This document shows positions 38,597 to 50,235 of a stretch of DNA of 64,000 nt, piece by piece. The first letter of the stretch is position 1; each line of letters opens with the position of its first letter. The notes under the pieces were generated by a model. It worked only from the letters and a program-made list of their open reading frames with translations. It had not been told where the DNA came from and made no database searches. Both the position numbers and the translations under genes were made by a program. The stretch comes from Felis catus (lineage: Eukaryota): positions 119,476,001 through 119,540,000 of the forward strand of contig NC_058368.1 of NCBI RefSeq assembly GCF_018350175.1. Direction: 5' to 3'.

Positions 38597-38880
38597 TGAG
38601 CCTGTCCTTCTTCATCTGTACACGAACTGAGCTGTACAATTTTCCACCGTTTCTTTCCGCTGGGAGAGATTCATTCCGAAACTGAGTTCATACATGAAGA
38701 ATGAAGCACAGCTCACTGCCAGCAGGCCTGGAGTTTGGCGCTTTTCAGTGCATCCAGGACATGAGCAAAGCATTAGAGAAATGAGGTGAAGAAATGAAGT
38801 AAAATATTGGGGCAATGAGAGAAAACTGTGTGGACTCGGGGACCTTTGTGTCAGTGTCTTCCTTTCAACAGCCACCTATA
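38597..38880 (-). other. Candidate (first) exon ending ATG AAG AAG GAC AGG CTC A|GTGAGT (MKKDRL, phase 1)
   Basis: donor GTGAGT at 38596-38591; unique CpG-retaining sequence; 5' boundary unknown. Confidence 0.35.
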
Positions 38881-39375
38881 TTTGATAGGTCAAATGCAGT
38901 TTTCTCCTCTTCCCTCCTGGCATTTCTTCAAATGACATGTGTCACCACTGCGAGGCAGTCAGGTCACTGGAAGTAATGTTTTCAACCCTTTAAAACTTTC
39001 AGTGAATCGCAGTTCATATGAAAAACAAATAGGCTACTTCTTTCTTTTCGGGACATCACAGCTGCTTCTCTCCTTTTCCCTGCACTTCCCAGAGATTTTT
39101 TTTTTTCAACAGAGTCTGGTTCTGACCTATTTTGGTGACTTGGATCACCATGGAGATGACTGATTCCCTAATTTAAAATATCTTCTGCCCAATTCAAGCT
39201 ACCCGTTTACTTCGACAGTGAAAGCTGGCACTGAGAGATTATTTTGGAGAAGCAAAAAGCTAGAATGCAAATTATCTGAGGTGACATTGCGACGTAGCAA
39301 CTGCAGTGTGTCACCATCTGCTCTCCAGTAAACCTTAGCTCTGAAGTGCAGGGAACTACTCCATCTTGTTTTCAG
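38870..39375. promoter_or_regulatory. Putative bidirectional promoter or regulatory element
   Basis: repeat-free, locally CpG-enriched, lies between divergent splice donors; RFX-like GTAGCAAC, several TGACA motifs, TATA/CArG-like cctatatttg. Confidence 0.35.
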
Positions 39376-39537
39376 CCATGACCCGTGCCTCTTGTTCCCT
39401 TCTGGAGCTGGACGGATCTTGAACCGAAGTTTGAACTGGCATCCGGACCTGAGCTCCTTCTCCAGCCTCTGCTGTTGGAGGGCTGGTTAACAGTCTACAG
39501 GGGCCTTTAGTACCGTGAGGTGCAGTCCGCTGTGTGA
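39376..39537 (+). other. Candidate non-coding exon with short Kozak uORF
   Basis: acceptor-like tcttgttttcag| at 39375, gccATG uORF 39378-39422, tandem donors GTGAGT (39534) and GTAAGT (39538). Confidence 0.4.
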
Positions 39538-39819
39538 GTAAGTATGAGGCTCCTTTGGTCACTTCAGACTCCATTCGCCACTAAGCAGAAAGAAGTCTGA
39601 GTAATGAGTCAGCAAATAAGAGCAAGATATTCAAACTAGAGACAACAGAAGGAGAATGTTTCTTGAAGTGTTATGGGAGTGTCTCACTGAAGCCATGAGT
39701 AGGGACTGGACCTTTAGGAGATAGGCACCAGGCACAGTCTCTCACCTCCCCTTTGCATCTACTTGTGCACCTAGCTGCCTCTCTGACCCTCTTCCTCAAT
39801 CAACATAAGTGTATTCACC

Positions 39820-39990
39820 AACAGGAGAGCAGACTCTGGAGCTGGGGTTTGCATCCTAACCATTCCATGCCTCAAGTTTCTCTTCTGTAGGATGGTGTGT
39901 GGTAACAGTATCTACCTCATAGAAGTTGTTTCGAGGATTAAATGAATTAACACCTGTAACGTGTTCTGCACAATACCTTACATCTATTAA
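39820..39990 (+). mobile_element. MIR SINE
   Basis: gcctcaagtttc…acagtatctacctcatagaagttgtttcgaggattaaatga. Confidence 0.8.
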
Positions 39991-41519
39991 GCTCCCCTCA
40001 AACAAAGCTTTCTCTGCTTGCTTATCAGTGCTTCCTGACTCAAGCATGGGGATCCCTGTTCTGATTTTTATAAATCGGGTCTACAAGCTCTCTGCTAATT
40101 GGCCCTGCTACACTGCATGGCAATTTCATATTCCCAGGGAGCTAGCCACTCCTGGTCCAATTATCTGTGGTAAAGAGTACTGGTGTTGGGGACATATTAG
40201 CAGGAGTTAACATCCATTGAATGATAAGTACTGTTCTAAGCACTAATACTCATTAATTCATAACAACCCCAAAATAGTTACTATGATTAACTTCGCTTGT
40301 CACACGAGGGTCTAAAAGAGGAAGAAATGAAAGTAATGGAGAAGCAGAATTTGAGCACAGGACACATGCACTTACATAGGCCATCAAAGTCTTGCTCCCA
40401 GTTTTGAAGCAGGCTCTTGGAAAGAAGACAAAGACAGGTTGAATATGATGGGACTAAAGACAGGGAAGAATGACTAGCCTTGCTTGTACAGAAGAACCTT
40501 GAGGATGGACATCTTTGAAGAAGATCCAGTCTCTGTCTGTGTGAACTGATGTTATATCCCGATGTGACCTGAAACCCACGAAGCAGAATTATCTGACTTT
40601 CAGTCCCCATGACCTTTGAGTGAGTTTCCGGGAATCACAGAGAAATACAATACTACTGAGTCACACTGATGGAATTTGCATTTTGTTAAGTTCTTAAATA
40701 CAATGATCTTTAGGCATTTGTTAAAAATTCTTCTCAACATATGCATATATTTATATGAATGCATTTGTATGAATGGATGTATATAATCCAATGCATTTAT
40801 CAATATAAATGTCTTATGGTGTGAATTGTGTGGGTGTGTATAATACCATGGAAATTCTTAAATCTAAATATCACATAAGGTTAAATTTAAAACTTTTAAG
40901 TTCTGGGCTCATTTAAATTCCAGTAAAGCTAAAAAATAAAATAACCCTGTAGTCACAGGTTATAGCCTCTGATTTTCAGCTTCAGAATCATCTATTCACC
41001 CTGATAAGAATAGAAAGAGATCTTTGACTTTTTATAGAGTGACATATTTCTCTTTTCCTCTGTGGATCTCTAGCCATCTTTATTTTTCTTCTCTCCCAAA
41101 AAAGAAAGCTTATTATAATTCCTTTACCTAACACTTCTCACCCCCACTGGCATCAAACAAATTTCCACTTCTGAAATGCTTCTTTGTTGCACACACAAAC
41201 CTTCTCTGCACATTGAGAATCAAATACTGAAAAATCATCTGCTGCATTTCTAGTACCCACCGGATAACTCAACGCCTGCAAGTGTGATCCAGCCTTCTCA
41301 AAACATCCCAGGAATCTAATAACGTAAAAGAATCCACATTTCAGTAAAGTGAAACCCCTTCAAATTCTTTAAGTACAATTATTATGTCCTAAGAGGGTTC
41401 GGACTAATTTTTTCTAAAAATATTAGGCTACCTACCACCCATGTTCAAACTGAATTTGGTATGCAAGGAGAACACAAGACAAGCAAAACTTATGTTTGCC
41501 TTTAAGAGTCTTAAAATCA

Positions 41520-41744
41520 GGGGCACCTGGGTGGCTCAGTTGGTTGAGCATCTGACTCTTGATTTCAGCTCAGGTCTTGATCTCTCAGTTTGTGGGTTCA
41601 AGCCCCACTTCAGGCTCTGTGCTGACACTCTGGAGCTAACTTGGGATTCTCTCTCTCCTCTCTCTGCTGCTGCTGCTGCTGCTTCTTCTTATTCTTCTCT
41701 CTCTCTCTCTCTCTCTCTCTCAAAATAAATAAATAAACTTAAAA
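41520..41744 (+). mobile_element. CanSINE with TSD
   Basis: TSD aagagtcttaaaat at 41504-41517 and 41745-41758. Confidence 0.96.
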
Positions 41745-42277
41745 AAGAGTCTTAAAATTAAGAACAGAATTCAAGGCCTTTACACGAGTTAATTACTCTG
41801 TATCCTTTCATTGCCATGGCACACGTTGGAAAACCAGAATTTTTAATGGCTTAATGGAAAGATTCAAAGTAATACTAAAACAAGTCGGTAGTAATCACAA
41901 TAACATAGTACAAGAAAAACTGTCTACCAGCATCTGGAAACACATTAATAGGACTAACATTACCATTCCTTGTCAACCATTCAGTTCTTGCCCATTGGCC
42001 AGAACTCTTTACTGACTCAACCCTGTCATTGTGGATACTCAGAGACAAAATCCTCAGGCTCCAGTGGACAGGAAATCTTTCTTTCATGCCTTGACTTTGT
42101 TTTGCCACCTTATTTCGTACTTCAAATTGTGCCAAACCTTGTCCCATGTGATTAATTCAACATTAATAAGGTGATTATTTCAACATTCTATCACTGTGCA
42201 ACACTGTAATGTCCTATAACCTTGACCGTAAGGAAATATATGCATGTGTACCAGCCTGGGCTCTTGTGTTGGCAATT

Positions 42278-42357
42278 GAGTAACCAAGCATCCCAGTTTG
42301 CCAAGGACTGAAAGGTTTCCTGGGATACAGGACTCTTAGTACCCAACCAGGAAAGCT
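42278..42357. mobile_element. MER94-like hAT-Blackjack MITE fragment
   Basis: gtaaccaagcatcccagtttgccaaggactgaaaggtttcctgggatacaggac. Confidence 0.6.
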
Positions 42358-42364
42358 TCTACGA

Positions 42365-43115
42365 AGAGATAGGAAACTCAATTCAAATTGTCTTAATTTA
42401 AAAGGAAAATCAGGGGCGCCTGGGTGGCTCAGTCAGTTAAGCATACAACTTTGGCCCAGGTCATGATCTCGCAGTTTGTGGGTTTGGACCCCACATTGGG
42501 CTCTGTGCTGACAGCTCAGAGCCTGGAGCCTGCTTCAGATTCTCTGTCTCTCTCTCTCTCTCTCTCTGCCCCTCCCCCACTCACACTCTGTCTGTCTGTC
42601 TCTCTCTCTCAAAAATAAAGATTAAAAAAAATGTTTTTAAGAAAAATAGTTAACTTATGTAATGGCAAAGACAAATGGCTTCAGGCATGACTAAATCCAG
42701 GGACATGAAAATCACCGTAATATAGTCTCTTTCCATCTCTTGGCTCTGTTCCCCTCTTCCCATCCTATGCAGACTTTAGTCTCAAACCCCACATGGTAAA
42801 GTCTCAGTTCTAAGCCTAAATACTCCCAGACTCAAATGGAGCAAAAAAAGGGACTGCTTCTTTCTTCTATTCCCAACACTTGAAACAAGGGCTTAGTTTT
42901 TATTGCCTCAAGTTGAGTCATGCACCCATCCCTGAACCAAATCCTAAACCAGAGGGAGAGAAATGCTGGTTAGCTTAAGCCTAGGTCTCATGCCCACGTA
43001 GGCATCTAGGACCACTTATTCATCAGGCCCATGGAAGCTGTGGCACCAAGAAGGAGTACATGAGAGGTTCTCCAAAGGAAACCCAAAAGTAGAAAAAAAA
43101 TGGATTCTGGGAAGC
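42365..43115 (-). mobile_element. MLT1K/L-type MaLR LTR interrupted by a CanSINE
   Basis: ggcttcaggcatgactaaatccaggg; ttgagtcatgcacccatccctgaaccaa. Confidence 0.6.
42413..42631 (+). mobile_element. CanSINE (SINEC_Fc-type)
   Basis: ggggcgcctgggtggctcagtcagttaagc…ctgacagctcagagcctggagcctgcttcagattc. Confidence 0.96.
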
Positions 43116-44512
43116 CAAAAAAAATTATTAATAATCCATGCAACAAAAGTTGGTGGTGTCCTTCAGTCACTAGTTACATGGAACAGATCAGTTGAAAGCT
43201 ATTGGCTTAAGAAAGTCTTATAGATAAGAGAGAAAATACTGATGAGAAGGGACAGTTGATCTAAGGAAGACAGTAACACAGCTGGACAGTAAGGATGGGG
43301 GTATAGCAATAATTCATTATGACTGATGTACTGATTTTAGGGTAGCTTTTTGGAGATCCTCTATCATTTTTACTATGCTTCATAGTGAACTTTTCTGAAT
43401 TCTGTTACTGCTTCTTCCTGTTCCTACACAAAGGTATAGCTAAGCCACAGATGCAGAGAAGGCAGAAGCTGTATGGATGTCAGAGGAGGTCTGAGCCAAT
43501 ATCTACATTGGAGTTTGTTCAAATTGCCTCATCTGCTTTTGACTGAAGTTACAAGAATAGAGGCTTGGCTTTGTCTTGAAGTCATAAAATTCATTTTATT
43601 CTGGTGTCAGAAGAAGCCAACCGAGGCCAGAAAGTTAGGAACTTTTAATAAGAATACAGTCTTGACTAAAAATAAGAGAAAAGATTTCAAATCACACTCA
43701 CTAGCTGACTTCATAGATTCTCTGGGGGGTTAATCACTCAATATAATGAAAAATAAAACGAAAAACAGGTGTCATTAAGACTATATCTTATCTAAACCAT
43801 GGGCAGGGAAGAATAATGAAATAATCTCTTAGAATGCCTTTGTCCTTCCGGGAGGGAAACAACAGCCAAGTCTCAGAGTTCCACAGGTGGCCTATTCATC
43901 TTCAGGTTTCTTGGGAATAAATAGCATTTCATATTTCAAATGTTCTCTTTGCGTTCACATACAATGTTCTCATTCAGTTCTCACAACAAACCCGTGAGGT
44001 TGGCAGATAACCGGTTCCATTTTGCAGACAGGAGAGGCTATGTGCAGAACGGTTAAATAACTGGGCCAGTGTTCTAGGACTCATTCATGGATTTAAGAAT
44101 ACCCATCATGGGTTGTGAGGTTTGGTTATTATAACTGCCAAATAGCACCCCCAGTAAGCCGTGTACATCGGTAGTTCTGCTTCTCCAGAACTGGACCTTG
44201 GCAGGCCCACATGTGGAGCAATTTGCTAATTCATTCATTTGCTGAATGCCTGTTCTAAGGACTCTGCTGGGTGCTGGGAATACAGAGACGAACAAGGCAT
44301 ATCTCCTGCTCATAATGAGCTCTCTGCCTAATGTGATTTTCTCTCCTCATGTGTCACCAGAAAATGTTAAATATAAGTGGATTTTCGACTGTGCATCTTC
44401 TTTTCTTTTGTTTTCTATACTTCTATTTTAATTATTATAAACTTGGACAGCAAACATAATAATAATTGCAACTATTTACTATGTTGCATTAACTGAAGTA
44501 GGCACAAATTTA

Positions 44513-44752
44513 TGGGGCTTTTTATTATAGTTTTGAGAGAGAGAGAGACAGAGAGAGAGAGAGAGACAGAGAGAGAGAGAGTGAGCACAAGTGGGGGAGG
44601 GGCAGAGAGAGAGGGAGACACAGAATCCAAAGCAGGCTTCAGGCTCTGAGCTGGTGGCACAAAGCCTGATGCGGGACTTGAACTCACGGATGGTGAGATC
44701 ATGACCTGAGCCAAATCCAGATGCTTAACGCACTGAGCCACCCAGGTATACC
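44513..44752 (-). mobile_element. CanSINE with TSD
   Basis: canonical body; taggcacaa(a/g)ttt flanks both sides. Confidence 0.95.
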
Positions 44753-45180
44753 AACTAGGCACAAGTTTAACGCAGTTTTCAAACCAGATGTGCAGAGCAA
44801 ATACAACTTATTCAACTTATCTATAACTTACCTGATGTTCCTTCTAAGGCCCCGGGCTTTAGTCAAGAAGAACAAATAACTTTGTCCCAATTCTATGCAG
44901 AACTCCAGAATAATAATTTAAACAGCCCCTTAGATAGTATTTAAGCAATATCTAAGGAGCAAGTCAAGCCTTTCTGAAAAATCTTATTCTGAACGTTAGA
45001 GGTTGAATATCACCCATTCTCTTTCTTTGCATTTTTTTGGAACCAGACTCTAATCCTTACCACACATATACCTTGTTACTAGTACTCCTCAAGATAAATG
45101 TCCCATGCATCTAAGAAGGTCTTGCACTCGGAAAGGCTAAAAGGGAATAGTTATTAATCACTTAAAAATATAGCTCCTGT

Positions 45181-45347
45181 GGGGGCACCTGGGTGACTCA
45201 GTTGGTTAAGGGGCCGACTTCAGCTCAGGTCACGATCTCAGTTTGTGAGTTTGAGCCCCATGTCGGGCTCTGTGCTGACAGCTCAGTTCCTGGAGCCTGC
45301 TTCAGATTCTGTACCTCCCTTTCTCTCTGCCCTTCCCCTGCTTGTGT

Positions 45348-45396
<49 letters not shown>

Positions 45397-45430
45397 AATA
45401 AACATTAAAAAATTTTTAAATAATAAAAAT
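45181..45430 (+). mobile_element. CanSINE with TSD
   Basis: canonical body; aaaaatata(g)ctcctg flanks. Confidence 0.95.
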
Positions 45431-47099
45431 AAAAATATACTCCTGCGAAACATACATTATCTCCCCAAATTTTTACAGAAGCTCTAAGAGAGAGGTGGCA
45501 TTTACAGATGAGTTAGCTGAGATACAGAGCAGCTTAACATCATGTTTAAGACCACAGAGCTTATTTATTTTGCCACATGCTTAATAATTGGGCCATGTGG
45601 CTTTACATGTGACTCTCCAGCCATGGCGGGGAAAGAGCTGCTGTGTGGGGCTCTCCTCTTCCAGACTGAAGGGTAGCTTCCTGTCTACTGGGCAGAGAAT
45701 GCCTCGTTGATGTTTGTATCTCGAGTGTTTAGTACAGTGCCAGGAGCACAGTAGATGCTTAGTAAATGTTTGCTGGGAGTTAACCACTTGCAGTCACTCT
45801 GGCATGGTTCTTGTTTTCTTTTCTCAATGTCCATTTGACAAACTGGGAAACTGGGCCACCACAGAGCTGGTGATGGCCAAGAGAGGGTTAGCCCAGGATC
45901 CTGATTCCCAAGCTAGATTTCTTCCCTTACCCGTAGCATTGCACACAGCTCTGAGGCATGCCTGAATCTTGCAGGAAGCCCCAGTGAATCACTGTCAGAT
46001 GGTCTGTTTTGGGCATTTTGGGAAGTGTTCCTAGAGGAGTGCGAGAGTCTTCTCTGAAGACAGGCTCAGCGACTAGAAAACAAAAATTTGAGACCCTGGA
46101 AGTTCTGCAATGCCTTCCCTCAGGGGAGGTAGGAAGTCCCAAACCCAGGCCAAATTCTGGATTTGCAGACATATACACTATCTGCTAGCAAGATAAATCA
46201 AACTTGATTTGTCATGTCCTGCAATGTGTCTCATAAATGCTGGCAAGAGTAGGTATAAACATTTTACTCATAAGAGGCCATTCAATGATTATAGCAACTC
46301 CCCAACATAGGTATTATTACTATTATTATCCACATCCTGTAGCTGAGATACAGGCTCAAGATACTTCACTTTTGCAATGCCCAATAAATCTAGGGGCTGT
46401 CTGACTTTAGAACTCCTTTGAAAACCGTGCACTTCTGCCTTCTAATAGAACAATTCCTGTTCTGTAACCCCAGAGTGCCTCAGTCATTAGGGAGTCAACT
46501 TTAACCCTGACCTTGGTTCTCAGCAAGGCTCAACTCTAGATCTCTTGCTTTTATATCTCTAAGAGGCTGCAAGCCATACTGGGGAATGAGCAGAAAATAC
46601 CAATGTTGAAATCTAAGTCGGGAGATGCCAGCTTGATGGCCCTGACAGGGTCATGATGCCAAAGGAACGTGGAAGGAGAGGAAGTGCAAGCTTACAGTGA
46701 GGAGTTGCAGAGACCAGCATTCTCACTCTGTGCTCTATTCCTTTTTAGCTTGGAGGCCTTGGACAGGTAACTAAATCTCTCTGTGCTTCATGGCCCTCAC
46801 TCATATATTGTGGTTATTTTACAGGGATATTGGGAAGACCAAAGGAGAAAGCCCTCCCAAAGCCCCATGACTCGCACATGGTAAACACTCAAAATATGTC
46901 ACCTAAATGGACAGCAAGGAGATGGATGAGCAGGGAAAGAGCAGGAGAAGACACAAGATGTGCTGAGTTCAGGTCAAAGGGTAGAGGAAGCTGGGATACC
47001 CAGGAAGTGATCTTACTGTCCTTCTGATTCTCCATGCTTTTACAAATTCAACTTTATTCTGCCCTGTGAACTCAGAATCTCTGTTAACACTGACGTTTC

Positions 47100-47600
47100 A
47101 ATACCAATAGCCAAAATGTACCGAGTACTAATAAGTGCCAAGTTCTGTGTGTGTTAAGTATGAATTATGTTAACCGTCTAAACATTACTGTTCAGTAGGC
47201 ATTCTTTGATCCCTGTTCTACAAGTGAGGAAACAAAAGCACAGTGACATTGAGCATCTTGTCCATTCTAACAGGGATGGACTGTAATTTCAACTTGGCTA
47301 GATATCCCCTGAGCCTTTGCTTTTAACTACTCAATGCCTCTTGATGTTTCTGCTACTGACCATGACCACCACCATCATCCTTCTGATCATCATCATCACC
47401 ACCATGCTTAATTTTTTTGAGCTGAACCGTCCTTCAGGATTAAGAGCTTTACTTATATTAACCTGTTTAATTCTCACAGTCTTATGAAGTACATATACTT
47501 AGCATCCTCATTTTATAGTCGAAGAAATGGAGGGTCTCACTCAAGGTCAGGCTACTGGTGAGTGCTACAGCCACAGTTGAGAGGCAGGCATTCTAGCTCC
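47100..47600 (-). mobile_element. Two adjacent MIR fragments
   Basis: ctacaagtgaggaaacaaaagcacag; tttaattctcacag…cattttatagtcgaagaaatggagg. Confidence 0.6.
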
Positions 47601-47677
47601 TGAGCCCACCACCAAAATACTTTGCCAGTATAATACTTCACGATGGCTTCGTGTGCTATCATTTACAGATATTCATA

Positions 47678-47916
47678 TTTTATTTTTTTTTAATTTTTTA
47701 ATATTTATTTATTTTTTTTTGAGAGAGAGAGAGAGGGAGAGACAGAGCACACAAGTGGGAGAGGGTCAGAGAGAGAAAGAGACACAGAATCCAAAGCAGG
47801 CTCCAGGCTCTGAGCTAACAGCACAGAGCCTGATGTGGGGCTTGAACTCACGGAACTGAGATCATGACCTGAGCTGAAATTGGAGGCTTAACCGACTGAG
47901 CCACTCAGGTGCTCCC
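47678..47916 (-). mobile_element. CanSINE (SINEC_Fc-type), inserted in a MIR
   Basis: gacacagaatccaaagcaggctccaggctctgagc…accgactgagccactcaggtgc. Confidence 0.96.
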
Positions 47917-48640
47917 ACATTTTCTGCTTTAAGCCTCATGACCATCCTCTCAGGTAGGAAATGTTCTTCTTATTTCACGGAGGAGGAAGCTGATGCTCGG
48001 GGATGTGATGTGCCCAAAGTGACCCAGCTGGTCAGTAACAAAATCAAAACTAAGCCAGGTCTGTCTGAGAAGTCCTTTGCTCTTTCTATCATACCACAGC
48101 TGCCTATAACTGTCCATTCCATCCTTCTTCCCCTCCCCATTCCATCACAGATACCCCATATACACCTTTTGGGACATATTTCTTTTTGTACTCTTTCTCC
48201 TCATTCAAAACATCTCAATTATGATCTGAATCTAAACTTACACAAACCTTTAGTTACATATCAACCTGAAAATCCAATTCATGTGAAGATGTTAAGTGTT
48301 AAACTGCCCTGTCCAGAAAAATAGTATTTAACATAAGATTCAAGCTGAAGAAATAACACCTTAAAGGTAGGACATTAAGCAAGAGCCAGACCAGCAGCAC
48401 AGGTATGACCAAGTTCATCCAGTGGCAATATCCCCACACCATATGCCCTGCTGATCACAAAGGAAAACTGTTCTCTCCCTCCCCAACAGGTACTTCGCTT
48501 CAGTAGCCAATTCAAAACCTCCTTATCTTCAGTCATCTCCCAATCATCTTCAAACCAAGAAGGAAATGGCAGACAAGCCAGGGACCATGCACCATGAGAG
48601 AAAAACTTCTCCTTTTTTCTGCTCTCATAGCTACATTTCT

Positions 48641-48749
48641 TTTTTTTTTAATTTAATTTTTATTTGTTTAATAAACTTATTTATTATCTATTAAACACTT
48701 TAAGACTTGTCCATAAACATGTAAATTTAAAAATTAGAAAACAGAACAT
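48641..48749 (-). mobile_element. 109-bp polyadenylated retro-insertion of non-SINE sequence with 16-bp TSD
   Basis: tcatagctacatttct at 48625-48640 and 48750-48765; poly(T) at the left end; AATAAA on the minus strand. Confidence 0.85.
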
Positions 48750-48863
48750 TCATAGCTACATTTCTAAGAAGAGGGGACAGCTGGGCTCACTGGAGACAGC
48801 ATCTTAGGCTGCAGGCCATAAGCAAGGAAGAGACAATTACTCCTTAAAATGGAGAGAGTATCA

Positions 48864-49055
48864 GGGTACCTGGCTAGCTCAGTCAGTTAAGCATCTGACT
48901 CTAGATTTCAGCTCAGGTCATGTTCTTGTGGTTTGTGAGTTCGAACCCCACACTGGGCTCTACACTGGCAGTGTAGAGCCTGCTTGGGATTCTTTTTCTT
49001 TCTCTGCCCTTCCCCAGCTCACTCTCTCTCAAAGTAAATAAATAAACTTTAAAAA
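48864..49055 (+). mobile_element. CanSINE
   Basis: gggtacctggctagctcagtcagttaagc…gagttcgaacccc. Confidence 0.93.
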
Positions 49056-49535
49056 AATGAAAAGAATACCTCAATCCCAGAAGGTATTCTGAGGTCTGAG
49101 AACCCAACATCCTAAATCTCAGTATAAACCAAAGTCATGGTAGAATCAATAAGGAGGAAAAGAATGAAAATCAATCATTCCTCTGGTCACTAATATTAAA
49201 CAGATTAATTTTGCAAAATTATACACTCTTATCTTGGTCATTACCTAGCAAGTATTTTAATTAGATAAACTCTTTGGGAAACAAGACTAAATATTACTTT
49301 TTTTTTTTTTTTGGTATTTTACATGGTGCCTGGCAAATAGGAGAAACATTCAAGAAAATAATTGTTGATATGGAATCACTGATTCAGTTGAAGCATTGAT
49401 TCAATATTGTTACATTTTTACATTGATCCCAAACTTGACAAGTTAAACTTCTGCTTTTATTTCCATTTGCCAACTTGTAACTATGAAGTGCCTACTATGT
49501 GCCACATACTAGGCTATGCATTTAAAAACGCACAA

Positions 49536-49693
49536 GGGGCACCTGGTGGCTCAGTCAGTGGGGCAGTCAATTTCGGCTCAGGTCATGATCTCAGTTCCAT
49601 GAGTGTGTCCCCCCACCCCATCTCTGCCCCTCCCCCTCTTGTGCTGTGTGTCACTCTGTCTCTCAAAAATAAAGTGTTAAAAACATTTTTTTT
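49536..49693 (+). mobile_element. CanSINE, internally deleted
   Basis: head and 3' pyrimidine/A tail present; central ctgacagctcagagcc block absent. Confidence 0.88.
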
Positions 49694-50008
49694 AAACACA
49701 CACAATTGCTGACCTTTAGAATAATACAATCTAGAGCAAAGACTGCTGAGAAATAATTACCAATGAGGGGAGTTACAGAACAGAGAGGCCAGGATACTAT
49801 AGGAGTGTAGATGAAGGTGCATTCACCTTGTTTGGGGCTTTCAGCACATCTTGTCTGAGGAAAGCTCAGAGCTCTGTGGGGTTTGATGAGTTAGACAGGA
49901 GGCAAAGTGGGATCCAGGAATATGTGAAGGTTTAGATGCCAGAGAAAAAACTCTTTGGAAGTACAGAAAGACAAAGAGAAAGCATGTGTGGCAAAAATAA
50001 AAAAGGAA

Positions 50009-50192
50009 GGGTGCCTGGCTTGCTCAGTCAGTTAAGTGTCCGACTTCACCTCAGGTCATGATCTTCCTCTGCGTCGGGCTCTGTGCTGACAGTCAGAGCC
50101 TGGAGCTTCTGCCAGATTCTGTGTCTTCCTCTCTCTCTGCCCCTCCCCTGCTCACACTCTGTCACTCTCAAAAATTAAAAAAAAAACATTAA

Positions 50193-50233
<41 letters not shown>

Positions 50234-50235
50234 TG
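50009..50235 (+). mobile_element. CanSINE with (AAT)n tail
   Basis: gggtgcctggcttgctcagtcagttaagtgtccgact…. Confidence 0.92.
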
